Source: Candidatus Hydrogenedentota bacterium (GTDB lineage: Bacteria; Hydrogenedentota; Hydrogenedentia; Hydrogenedentales; SLHB01). Taken from it: 64,000 bases of DNA. The DNA lies in NCBI GenBank assembly GCA_045863295.1, contig BTWA01000017.1:1-64000 (forward strand). The letters are read 5' to 3'. The position numbers and the translations under genes are program-made. The notes under the pieces were generated by a model. It had not been told where the DNA came from, ran no database searches, and saw nothing but the letters and a program-made list of their open reading frames with translations. Positions within the stretch are counted from its first letter, which is position 1, and every line of letters begins with the position of its first letter. Below are positions 1 through 8,636 of the stretch, piece by piece.

Positions 1-14
1 AAGTCGCCTGCAAC

Positions 15-305
15 ATGGCCATGCGTGGCGTAGACGGCGGCCTGAACCGCGTCCTACGCGTTCTGCTGGACGAATTGGTCACCGAGTATAGCTTGCGGGA
101 AATCGAGAGTCGTATCGGCGTCTGGTGGAATGGCTTGAGTCTCGATGAGAAATTATCCGTATCCGGGGAGTACATCGCGAAGTATGGCCACTTGCTTCCC
201 AACGATGTGGTCGATGGCGGCGCGCACCGGCTTCGTGCGCACTTCCCGAAGTTCCTTGCCAAGCACCCGCTGCTCGTTCGAGGTATGCGGCAAACCATCC
301 GGTGA
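15..305 (+). CDS. Hypothetical helical protein, probably 5'-truncated by the window edge; paralog of 2754..3428
   Basis: Frame is open to the window start; shares the gapless pattern G-x7-LL-x22-LS-x2-E-[KR]-x11-G with the 2754..3428 product. Confidence 0.6.
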   Translation: MAMRGVDGGLNRVLRVLLDELVTEYSLREIESRIGVWWNGLSLDEKLSVSGEYIAKYGHLLPNDVVDGGAHRLRAHFPKFLAKHPLLVRGMRQTIR

Positions 306-382
306 CGAAGATTCCCTGAAACGAGAGGCCTGCCCCTGCCGCTATCCCTTTGAGGTACTGTGAATTTTGAGAGGGATTATCC

Positions 383-2845
383 GTGGCCCACGAAGGCGCT
401 CAGATCGCAAAGTGGCAGGCTGGACTCGTCAACGCCAGTCATCAGAATCTGTTGGTGCGCGAACTATCCAAAGGCTGTACTCCGGACATTGCCCCGGTGC
501 CCGTTGAGCTGGAACCGCCGTACACAAGCTTCAACTCCGGTCAACGTTCGCTACTCTTCGAGACGCAGGCGCCCTATCTTCCAGCGGCGAAGCCGCGCCC
601 GGAAGACCTTGTCCGGTACAGGATCTACGTTGCTCCGTCCACGGACATGGACTGGCGCGCGTCCGAGGACTTTATCAAGCAACTCGTTGCGTGCGCGCAT
701 CCCATCGTGTTCGAGGTCTGGGGGAATCGCGATGAGATCGTCATGAGTCTTATGTGTCATCGGCAAGACGCAGGGATGCTGAATATTGCGTTCCAGGGCG
801 CATTCCCCTCATTTTGTCTCGCGCCTGGTCCTGGCCCCGAAGAGCATCTCGCCGGGTGTGAAAGACTCGAGATGCTGGAGATCTTTCCGGAGCCGCCCCT
901 GACGCATCTGTTTACTCGCCCCATGGAGTTGGTGCGGCCCCCAGTTGGATTTTTCATCAATACGCTTTGCAGCCTTGATAGTTCGACTGTTGGGCTATAC
1001 CAAGTGTTGTTCAAGCCCGTCGATCGGCGCAACAACTGGCATCGTTACATCAATCTCTTTCTCGATCTGGAATACCGGGCATCGACGCTGTCTGGCGCCG
1101 GTCCTGCAAGCCGGTACGCCCAACAACTCCCCAGCGCCGAGTTACGAGGCATGGCAATGGATACGGACCAGAAGGCGCACAACGATAGAGCGATACTCGC
1201 TGCTGTCCCGCGGGTGCTCTTGCTGCACAAGGGACTGGCTAACACAAGTCCTGATGTCTGCGCAGCGTCTTGCTTCCTCTACCGGATCCAGCATGGTGGC
1301 CGGCCTCTTTGCGGTGTCACGGAAGCCGACTTCCTCCGCGCGCACTCACTCGAAGCCGTGAAGGAGATGATAGAACTTGGAATCACCTACCGGCCCGGCT
1401 TCATCCTCAACTCCCAGGAGTTGACCAGTTTCATCCACCTGCCGCCAATACCAACGACAGCTCAGCCACCGCCCATCGAAGTGCTCGATGGACTGCCGCC
1501 ATTAACCGTAAAGGATTCCGCATCCATGCTCATTGGCCATCGATTTTTGGCAGGACGCGAGGAGCCTGTCTTCGTGAGCGACGACACCCTCAAGCACCAC
1601 GGACACCTTGCTGGAGGCTCGGGAAAGGGTAAATCCACGGTGCTTGAGAACATGGCTGCCCACGATATCGCCCATGGGCGCGGATTTGGCGTGATTGACC
1701 CCCATGGGGACTTGTCGGCAAGGATACTCGGTCTCATCCCGGCAACGGAACATCATCGGGTTGTTTACTTCGCCCCAGGCGACCCTGACTGGGTAACGAT
1801 CTTTAATCCGCTCGATCTCCGCCCCGGCCAGGATTCCAGCCGGCTCGCCGACGAACTGCTCATGATATTTGAGGCAATTAGTGACGGCTTTGGCGACCGT
1901 CTGGGGAATTTACTTCGTCAGACCATGAGCGGCTTGATTCGCCTGGGGAACAGTACGCTTTTGGATGTGGAAATGGCATTGAGCTACAAAAGGCAAGAAC
2001 TCGAGCAACTCGTCAAAAAAGTTCTGCCCCATGTCATCAATCCCGTCACCGAGCACTTCTGGCGCAAGCTATTGAGCACATACTCCAATAGTGACGTGCA
2101 GCCAGCGCACAATAAGATCGGAAAGCTGTTCAGCTCCGATTCGGTCGCACTGATGCTATCTCAACCGAAGAACACAATCGACTTCAGGAAAATCATGGAC
2201 TCTGGCGAGATATTCATCGCTGATTTGTCCCACCTGGGCCCTGAACAGAAGGAGATCATGGGACGGATTATCCTCGCCATGATCTTCCTAGGCGCGGTGA
2301 GCCGGAGTTCCATGGACATTGCCAAGCGTTGTCCGTTCACCGTCTACGTGGATGAGTCACATAAGTTTGTTTCGCGCTCCCTGGAGGCCACATTGACCGA
2401 GGCCCGGAAATTCGGGGTGTCCGTCATCCTGGCGCACCAATACCTCAGTCAATGGGAAAAGAAGCAAATTGACGCGCTCAAGCAGGTGGGATTTACCATG
2501 CTGTTTGGCATGAGCGGTGATGACGCCAGGAGCCTGGTTAATTCGCTGGGAGGAGACATCGATCCAGCTGTCATCGCCCGGCTGGGGCGGGGCGAGGCAG
2601 TTGTACGCCTCGGAAGCGAGTGGGCGCGCGTGAAGACGCTGCCCGAGCGAAAGGATTTCTCGTCCACGCTTCGCGATCAGGTTATCGAGGCGGCCCGCAA
2701 GAAGTACTGCGTACGCTTTGATGAGTTGCTGCGACAATTGAAGAAGCGCAGTAATGTGTGGGCGGATGCGCGGCCAGCCCACACCGATACCAGTGCTCCG
2801 GAGGATTACCAGTTTGATCGACTACGCGCTCCGAAAGAAGATTAA
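383..2845 (+). CDS. VirD4/TraD-like (HerA/FtsK superfamily) coupling-type ATPase
   Basis: Walker A GGSGKGKS, IDPHGDL, Walker B VYVDESH, LTEARKFGVSVILAHQYLSQ motif. Confidence 0.85.
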   Translation: MAHEGAQIAKWQAGLVNASHQNLLVRELSKGCTPDIAPVPVELEPPYTSFNSGQRSLLFETQAPYLPAAKPRPEDLVRYRIYVAPSTDMDWRASEDFIKQLVACAHPIVFEVWGNRDEIVMSLMCHRQDAGMLNIAFQGAFPSFCLAPGPGPEEHLAGCERLEMLEIFPEPPLTHLFTRPMELVRPPVGFFINTLCSLDSSTVGLYQVLFKPVDRRNNWHRYINLFLDLEYRASTLSGAGPASRYAQQLPSAELRGMAMDTDQKAHNDRAILAAVPRVLLLHKGLANTSPDVCAASCFLYRIQHGGRPLCGVTEADFLRAHSLEAVKEMIELGITYRPGFILNSQELTSFIHLPPIPTTAQPPPIEVLDGLPPLTVKDSASMLIGHRFLAGREEPVFVSDDTLKHHGHLAGGSGKGKSTVLENMAAHDIAHGRGFGVIDPHGDLSARILGLIPATEHHRVVYFAPGDPDWVTIFNPLDLRPGQDSSRLADELLMIFEAISDGFGDRLGNLLRQTMSGLIRLGNSTLLDVEMALSYKRQELEQLVKKVLPHVINPVTEHFWRKLLSTYSNSDVQPAHNKIGKLFSSDSVALMLSQPKNTIDFRKIMDSGEIFIADLSHLGPEQKEIMGRIILAMIFLGAVSRSSMDIAKRCPFTVYVDESHKFVSRSLEATLTEARKFGVSVILAHQYLSQWEKKQIDALKQVGFTMLFGMSGDDARSLVNSLGGDIDPAVIARLGRGEAVVRLGSEWARVKTLPERKDFSSTLRDQVIEAARKKYCVRFDELLRQLKKRSNVWADARPAHTDTSAPEDYQFDRLRAPKED

Positions 2846-3428
2846 GCGGCGCCTGGATGGCGCAATCGAACTTCTCGGTATCGAGTACCGGCGCTCGACG
2901 ATCGAGCGTCCTCTTGACCAGGCCGCCGCAGGCTTCGATATTGCGCCCTTCATCGAAAAGGCGCCTACCGAAGCCGGCATGCTGCGCATGGCAGCCGCGT
3001 TCGTGCGGCAACTGGTTCGTTACGGTACGCGCATTCGCCGCGAGCTCACCAATGAACAAGCGGAACGGGAGGCGCTACGCCTCCTGCGAACCTATTCCGC
3101 GCCTCCCGAGCACGCGGTACAAACAGCCTTCGTCGAATACGCGGAATCCATCGAAACGGGTCCAATCCACATCTGCACTTTCCTCCTAAATACGATCAAA
3201 CACATGGAGGGCCAAGCGCATCGCCGCTGGGTCTACGAGGCCACGATCGAGTCGCTGTCCTGGCAGGAGCGCGTCATGGCCGTCCGCTGCTTGGCGGACC
3301 TGCACGGCACCGCTGACATGCAGGAAGTTTTCGAGAACCCGGAGCGGTACGCGCCCTACCTGCGCGAAATTCTGGAGAAGTACGTGGAGTGCCAGGACGA
3401 GATTCAGCACATTCTGCGCGGGCACTGA
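2754..3428 (+). CDS. Hypothetical protein (true start probably near 2815)
   Basis: 224-aa ORF overlapping the ATPase stop; C-terminus similar to 15..305. Confidence 0.65.
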   Translation: MCGRMRGQPTPIPVLRRITSLIDYALRKKIKRRLDGAIELLGIEYRRSTIERPLDQAAAGFDIAPFIEKAPTEAGMLRMAAAFVRQLVRYGTRIRRELTNEQAEREALRLLRTYSAPPEHAVQTAFVEYAESIETGPIHICTFLLNTIKHMEGQAHRRWVYEATIESLSWQERVMAVRCLADLHGTADMQEVFENPERYAPYLREILEKYVECQDEIQHILRGH

Positions 3429-3513
3429 AACCCTCTCTCGAAACAAGCCGCCCCATTCAGCCGCTTACTCCCTGAAGGCCACAGAACGAGTCACGTCTAT
3501 CGGAGTAGGAACG

Positions 3514-3879
3514 ATGCTTTTTCGGCGCAATTTCGATCATGACCGCGGCGCCTGGGTGGATCGCGGCGCCGACGGTCGCGTGGACGATTTCGAGATGTGC
3601 GAGATCTGTGACGCGATGTTGGATATTCGCGACGAGAAGGGCGAACACTGGCATTCCTTCGACGAGTTGTGCGGCAACTGCAAGGTCGACATCGTCCTCG
3701 AGACCACGATTACGGATCTGATGGGCCGTCCTCGCCCGTTCAACGGCAACATTGAAGACCGTGTGATTACCAATGATGAATTTAACGCCGAACCGCCTGC
3801 CCCCAATCGCGATTTCATGAACTACTTCCAGGAGGATCCGTATTACGGTTCCCCGCCGAAGGACTATTATCAGTGCTGA
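3514..3879 (+). CDS. Small acidic protein with CxxC...CxxC (putative zinc finger)
   Basis: CEIC and CGNC motifs; GGAG-type RBS upstream; overlaps primase start. Confidence 0.55.
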   Translation: MLFRRNFDHDRGAWVDRGADGRVDDFEMCEICDAMLDIRDEKGEHWHSFDELCGNCKVDIVLETTITDLMGRPRPFNGNIEDRVITNDEFNAEPPAPNRDFMNYFQEDPYYGSPPKDYYQC

Positions 3880-4910
3880 CGCGGGATTCACGGCGTCTGG
3901 AGTGGAAGATTGGATTGTTCCGGCGCTATTTCTCCGGGTTGCAGCATGTCTATGGGACCTACAATCCTGCCGACGGCAAATCGTGGCAGATCAAGCGTCC
4001 GGTGACCGACGAGGTCATCGCGAAGCACCTCGCCGGGCGGGAGCCGTACGGCGTTTACTTGCTGAATGGAGACGTCACGCGTGCGGTGGTCGCGGACTTC
4101 GACGCACAGGACGCCAATCCTCCGCTTGCCTTCATCTACGGCTGCCAACGGTACGGCCTCCATGCCTATCTAGAGACAAGCAAGAGCAAAGGTTACCACG
4201 TTTTTCTGTTCTTTCCTGCAACGGGCGTACCCGCGGTGAAAGCCCGGGCCGTCGTCCGGCACATCCTGGCCGAAAGTGAGTGTGGAACCGTCGAGGTGTT
4301 CCCGAAGCAGGACCGCATCGACGTAGACGCAGGGCATGTCGGCAATTTCATCAATGCCCCGCTCTTCGGACGCGCCTTACCCCATGGCAAGACCGTCTTT
4401 GTCGACCCCGCAAATGGCCTGAAACCCTATCCCAATCAATGGGAGTTCCTGGAAAGCATCGTAATCACCACTGAGGCGCAGCTCGACGAAATCATCGAAG
4501 TCAACGAGATCGTCCTAAGCCCATCCGCTGCCGTCTCTAGTTCAGCGGAGGTAGGTACCTGGCAGGGCGCGCGCGGTCTGCCTCCGTGCGCCCTTCGGAT
4601 GCTCTCCGAGGGGGTGACGAGTTTGCAGCGCCTCTCGTGCTTTCGCCTCGCCACGCATTTCCGCCGTATGGGCGTTCCCGCACCTATTGCCATTGCGGCC
4701 CTCCTGAAATGGCGTGAAAGCAACCATCCAGCAAACGGTAAACGCATCCTCACCGCAGAGGAAGTCGAGAACCAAGTGGCCCACGCCTACCTCAAAGCGT
4801 ACTGCGGTTACGGTTGCAACGAGCCCGAAGTAGCGCCCCATTGTTCATCCTCATGCCATCTCTATCCGGCCGTCATGGCGCAGCGACGCGGGGCCAGGCC
4901 TACCAACTAG
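3873..4910 (+). CDS. Archaeo-eukaryotic primase (AEP, TOTE-type) with Cys-rich PriL-CTD-like C-terminus
   Basis: AEP motifs VVADFD, ETSKSKGYHVFLFF, EVFPKQD, GNFINAPLFG; C-terminal LPPC...YCGYGC...HCSSSC. Confidence 0.8.
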   Translation: MLTRDSRRLEWKIGLFRRYFSGLQHVYGTYNPADGKSWQIKRPVTDEVIAKHLAGREPYGVYLLNGDVTRAVVADFDAQDANPPLAFIYGCQRYGLHAYLETSKSKGYHVFLFFPATGVPAVKARAVVRHILAESECGTVEVFPKQDRIDVDAGHVGNFINAPLFGRALPHGKTVFVDPANGLKPYPNQWEFLESIVITTEAQLDEIIEVNEIVLSPSAAVSSSAEVGTWQGARGLPPCALRMLSEGVTSLQRLSCFRLATHFRRMGVPAPIAIAALLKWRESNHPANGKRILTAEEVENQVAHAYLKAYCGYGCNEPEVAPHCSSSCHLYPAVMAQRRGARPTN

Positions 4911-4989
4911 TCCGCTGAATCGAACCACCTGAATCTGCCGCTCAAAGAATGCGGTAACTGAGCACCGAACAAACGAAAGGGAGATCATC

Positions 4990-5382
4990 ATGAAATCCGT
5001 TGGCACCATGCAAGAGCCCATCACATCCGTTCCCGAAGGCGAATACGACGCAATTCTCACCGGATTTGACACCGTCGCCATGCCCCACGGCGACGCAAAC
5101 CGCTACGAGTTTCGCATCGACAGCGACAAGGTCACGGACGGCCGTACCGTCAGCGGCCTCACTGGCACGGTCCTCGCGGAGAACACCAAGAAAGGCCGTT
5201 GGGTTTCCGCACTCCTCGGGCGCGTACCGGAACTCGGCGAGAACATTGATGACAGTGACATTCTCAACCGGCCCTGCCGCATCGTCATCGTGCACAAAAC
5301 CGATTCCAAAGGCATCGTACGCGCCAACGTCGCCGACGTCCTGCCCGCCGCTCCCATCAGCGACGACGACATCGCGTTCTAA
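4990..5382 (+). CDS. Phage/MGE-type single-stranded DNA-binding protein (DUF669-like)
   Basis: N-terminal VPEGEYDA; acidic-aromatic SSB-type tail SDDDIAF; directly after the primase; RBS GGGAGA. Confidence 0.65.
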   Translation: MKSVGTMQEPITSVPEGEYDAILTGFDTVAMPHGDANRYEFRIDSDKVTDGRTVSGLTGTVLAENTKKGRWVSALLGRVPELGENIDDSDILNRPCRIVIVHKTDSKGIVRANVADVLPAAPISDDDIAF

Positions 5383-5448
5383 ACCAGTATCCAGTGCCTT
5401 CGCGAGCTAAGCTCGCGTTGCGCGTGAGTGTTAGGCGTGGCGACAGCG

Positions 5449-5481
5449 GGTCCGCCGGTCAAACTCCCGGTGGACCTTTTT
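5449..5481 (+). terminator. Intrinsic terminator after the primase-SSB operon
   Basis: GGTCCGCCGG-N8-CCGGTGGACC stem followed by TTTTT. Confidence 0.65.
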
Positions 5482-5526
5482 GACGAATGCAGATAAGAGT
5501 CGGATCACTGTGAAGGATTTCGAACC

Positions 5527-5808
5527 GTGGCGTTTCGTTTCGATGGGATCAAAGTATCATTCGTGCGCCATGACAGTTCTCCCAACCCTCGAAATCCGTT
5601 TGACCATTTGTCACCAGGAGAACGTGTCGCGCGGATACGACGCGTGCTGGCCCGTGTAGCATTGAGAAGAGTAGCCGACAATTCAATGCACGCTGCTGAC
5701 GAGTCTACCGCAGACCTCTCGGAAGGCGATGATGCCAAGACGCCATCAAGCGAACTCGTGGCGCCCACCGAATTGGCCGGTTGCGCACGCAAGGCTAGCG
5801 ACGTGTAG
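5527..5808 (+). CDS. Small hypothetical protein
   Basis: 93-aa ORF with a basic amphipathic helix (LSPGERVARIRRVLARVALRR), convergent with the HTH frame. Confidence 0.4.
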   Translation: MAFRFDGIKVSFVRHDSSPNPRNPFDHLSPGERVARIRRVLARVALRRVADNSMHAADESTADLSEGDDAKTPSSELVAPTELAGCARKASDV

Positions 5809-6211
5809 TTGCCGGTGCGATCTTTTTGAAAGCGGCAACTTGACGAGACTTTGGCGTGAGTCTCACCAAATTCCGCAGCTTCCGCTCGGAAATCTGAGCT
5901 ACTTGATCGGGAGATTGATCCAGGAGAGCCTGTTGTATCTCGGGAGCCAGTTTAAGCAGGTTGAGCAATTGAGTGACGCGCGCGCGCGATACTCCCATTT
6001 TGGACGCCAGGTGCGATTGATTCCTAACCTCTCCATTGTCAATCATTCTTTGAAACGACAGGGCAACGGACAGTGGGTTCTGTCGAGCGGGTTTCCTCGT
6101 TGTCTGATTCATTTCGCTCGTTGTGAAGAGTAGCTTTCCGTTCTGAAACTGCCTGAACACCGGCACGGGATGCCAGCCCTTAGCAAAAGTTCGCTGAGTT
6201 CGCGCTGCGCG
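5795..6211 (-). CDS. att-adjacent ParB/recombinase-C-terminal-like HTH frame, copy 1
   Basis: NQSHLASKMGVSRARVTQLLNLLKLAPEI; homologous to 23229.. and 34541..; conserved RTQRTFAxGWH begins at the att core. Confidence 0.7.
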   Translation of the reverse strand, partial: RAARTQRTFAKGWHPVPVFRQFQNGKLLFTTSEMNQTTRKPARQNPLSVALSFQRMIDNGEVRNQSHLASKMGVSRARVTQLLNLLKLAPEIQQALLDQSPDQVAQISERKLRNLVRLTPKSRQVAAFKKIAPATTRR

Positions 6212-6213
6212 GA
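6183..6213 (+). mobile_element. Element right end (attR-like) copy 1, core shortened to CGCGGA
   Basis: GCAAAAGTTCGCTGAGTTCGC-N4-CGCGGA; the 21-mer is identical at 23629 and 34932. Confidence 0.7.
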
Positions 6214-6608
6214 TCAAAATGACAAAACTGATTAAACGGCGATTGGTTAACATGATGTCAAAATCTCCCAGAAAGTTTGCCTGTTCTTGATTTGTTGCGC
6301 GCTGGGCAATTCTACCCAGGAAAAAGGCAAGAGCCGTCGTACGATCTACGCCATTCCTAACTAGGCAGTACGCAATCAGGTGATTCCTGGATCGCCTAAC
6401 GGCCATCGGGCACCGGCATCATCCACAGTGACAAGGAGTTAGGTGGGAACGATCTCACAGCCTAATCATGCAGAATAGTGAAAGTAGATTCATGGCATTG
6501 ATGTCGAGTTGAAATAGAATTGCGCTCTTACAACCGAAAATCTTGTTTTCATGTAAAATCCGTGGTCATATTGATTTACGCACATGTAATCTTTCGTGAA
6601 AAATCGAT

Positions 6609-6637
6609 TTGACAATCTGTTCATCGTGTGCTACAAT
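6609..6637 (+). promoter_or_regulatory. Sigma70-type promoter of the TetR operon
   Basis: TTGACA-N17-TACAAT, 30 bp upstream of ATG 6668. Confidence 0.8.
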
Positions 6638-6653
6638 GTGAATATACTTTCAC
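6638..6653. promoter_or_regulatory. Putative TetR operator 1
   Basis: GTGAA-N6-TTCAC palindrome over the expected transcription start; repeated at 8606-8623. Confidence 0.65.
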
Positions 6654-6667
6654 TACATGGAGTTGCC

Positions 6668-7318
6668 ATGGCTAAAGAAAAGCTAGATACCGAGGTTCGT
6701 CAGGAGCAGATCTTGGAGGCAGCGCTAGATGTGGTCTCCCGAAAGGGCATGAAAGGGCTCAATCTCGGGGCCGTGGCCAGACGCGTCGGCCTAGTTCCTT
6801 CCGCGATCTACCGCCACTTCGAGAACAAGGACGGACTCATTGATGCTCTGCTTGGGCTCATCGAGTCCCGACTGGTCGGCAATGTTGCCACAGTTAGACA
6901 GGAAACGAAGGACCCATTAAGGGCCCTCGAGTTGCTGCTCAAGCGGCACGTTCGCCTGATCCGTGAGAATGCGGGCATCCCCCGAATCGTATTCTCGGAA
7001 GAAGTCTACGGCGCGAACTCTCAGCGGAAATTCCGGGTACACGCACTTCTACAGAACTACCTGGGGCGGGTGGCGGAATTCTTTAGGGAGGCACAGCAGG
7101 CTGGCCTGGTCCGCACGGACTTGAGCGCGGATGAACTCTCCGTAATGTTCCTTGGACTAGTTCAGCCTGCGGCGATCCTATGGCACGTCAGCGATGGTGG
7201 ATTCGATGTGACCCGTCAGGCCGAAAAGGCCTGGGGGCTTTTCAGCGAAGCGATTGGAAAATGCAACGGAAAGGCGCCCGAGGCCGAAAAGCCGGCGCGC
7301 GCATCAAAGGAGAACTGA
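6668..7318 (+). CDS. TetR/AcrR family transcriptional regulator
   Basis: N-terminal HTH ILEAALDVV...GAVARRVGLVPSAIYRHF. Confidence 0.92.
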   Translation: MAKEKLDTEVRQEQILEAALDVVSRKGMKGLNLGAVARRVGLVPSAIYRHFENKDGLIDALLGLIESRLVGNVATVRQETKDPLRALELLLKRHVRLIRENAGIPRIVFSEEVYGANSQRKFRVHALLQNYLGRVAEFFREAQQAGLVRTDLSADELSVMFLGLVQPAAILWHVSDGGFDVTRQAEKAWGLFSEAIGKCNGKAPEAEKPARASKEN

Positions 7319-7319
7319 C

Positions 7320-7970
7320 ATGAACATGAAGAGTGGATTCACGATTGGCCTGATACTCGCAGGTCTGGAGATCGTTCTTCCGTCCGGGGCATGGGCGCAC
7401 TGTGACACACTGTCCGGCCCTGTAGTCACGGATGCCCAGAAGGCCATTGAAACCCGGGACCTGGACCCTGTCCTGAAATGGATCAGGCCTGACGACGAGG
7501 AAGAGATCCGCTCCCTCTTTGACAAGACTGTTCAAGTACGTCAGAAAGGCAAAGACGTGCAGGAGCTTGTGGACATGCACTTCTTCGAGACCCTTGTCCG
7601 GGTGCACCGTGCCGGCGAGGGCGCTCCGTACACGGGCCTGAAGCCTGCCGGCACGCCGGTTGAACCGGGAATTGAGGCCGCCGATAAAGCGCTCGAGTCC
7701 GAATCGAGTGGCGCCCTCGTTGAGGCTCTGGAAGCCAAACTTGAATCGAGTATTCACGAGCGTCTTGAACGCACAGTTGAGGCCAAGAAGCACAAAGATG
7801 AGAGCGTGGCCGCGGGCCGGAAATATGTCGAGGCTTACGTGGACTATATCCACTATGTTGAGCGCCTTCATGTGGTGATGTCCGGGACGTCGGCGCACGG
7901 GCATGAGGCTGAGGCAGACGAACACGTAAAGGCCGCAGCGACGGAGACCTCCAAAGCCCACGAGCATTAG
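7320..7970 (+). CDS. Exported His-rich protein, DUF6448-like
   Basis: Signal peptide ending AWA, then HCDTLSGPVV; FFETLVRVHRAGEGAPYTGLKPAG. Confidence 0.75.
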   Translation: MNMKSGFTIGLILAGLEIVLPSGAWAHCDTLSGPVVTDAQKAIETRDLDPVLKWIRPDDEEEIRSLFDKTVQVRQKGKDVQELVDMHFFETLVRVHRAGEGAPYTGLKPAGTPVEPGIEAADKALESESSGALVEALEAKLESSIHERLERTVEAKKHKDESVAAGRKYVEAYVDYIHYVERLHVVMSGTSAHGHEAEADEHVKAAATETSKAHEH

Positions 7971-8017
7971 ACAGAGACTTGGGGTTCACGAGACTCTGAC
8001 ATGAAGGAGACAACGTC

Positions 8018-8563
8018 ATGAGAGCAGCGGACATACTCGAACACGAGCACGAAGCCGTGCTGGCTGTGATCAAGGCGGCGAGAGGCGAAGCGGGGGCGAT
8101 CAAGGAAGCTGGTCAGGTGAACGCCCAACGAATCGGCGAATTCGCGGACTTCTTCCGGAACTTCGTTGATCGTTGCCATCACGGCAAGGAAGAGAAGCAC
8201 CTATTCCCCAAGCTTGAGGAACGCGGTGTGCCCCGAGAAGGCGGACCTATTGGCGTCATGCTCCAGGAGCATGAACTGGGCCGGGCCGAAGTTCGCGCGA
8301 TAGCCGAAGCGTTGACTCGGCTTGAGCAAGGAGACGGGGGTGCCGCGGCGGCCATCAAGGAGCATTTGCTGGCTTACGCGGACTTGCTCGAAGCCCACAT
8401 TCAAAAGGAGAACGGCATCCTGTTTCCCCTGGGCGACCGGGTCCTGACGCCGGACGACCAACAGTCACTGGTGGATGCCTTCGACGCCGTCGAGAGAGAA
8501 GAGATGGGAGAGGGCACGCACGAGCGCTACCATCAATGGATTCACGAGCTCGTTCAGGAGTAA
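8018..8563 (+). CDS. Hemerythrin (HHE cation-binding) domain protein
   Basis: EHEH, CHHGKEE, MLQEHE, HIQKEN motifs. Confidence 0.88.
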   Translation: MRAADILEHEHEAVLAVIKAARGEAGAIKEAGQVNAQRIGEFADFFRNFVDRCHHGKEEKHLFPKLEERGVPREGGPIGVMLQEHELGRAEVRAIAEALTRLEQGDGGAAAAIKEHLLAYADLLEAHIQKENGILFPLGDRVLTPDDQQSLVDAFDAVEREEMGEGTHERYHQWIHELVQE

Positions 8564-8605
8564 CGAAGCGGGGCGCCTTGTGCGCCCCGATTTCTTCGCA
8601 CTTCA

Positions 8606-8623
8606 TGTGAATGGACATTCACA
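8606..8623. promoter_or_regulatory. Putative TetR operator 2, internal to the operon
   Basis: Perfect palindrome TGTGAAT-GGAC-ATTCACA just upstream of the RBS for 8637. Confidence 0.65.
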
Positions 8624-8636
8624 AGAGGAAAGGCCA

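Noticed and set aside
383..4910. Anti-phage system call (HerA-type or TOTE conflict system)
   Set aside because: No nuclease, Sir2 or helicase effector is adjacent; context with SSB and att ends fits element replication/transfer better.
5428..5481. tRNA-like fragment (GGTCAAACTCC loop)
   Set aside because: No D arm, anticodon arm or CCA; better explained as a terminator.
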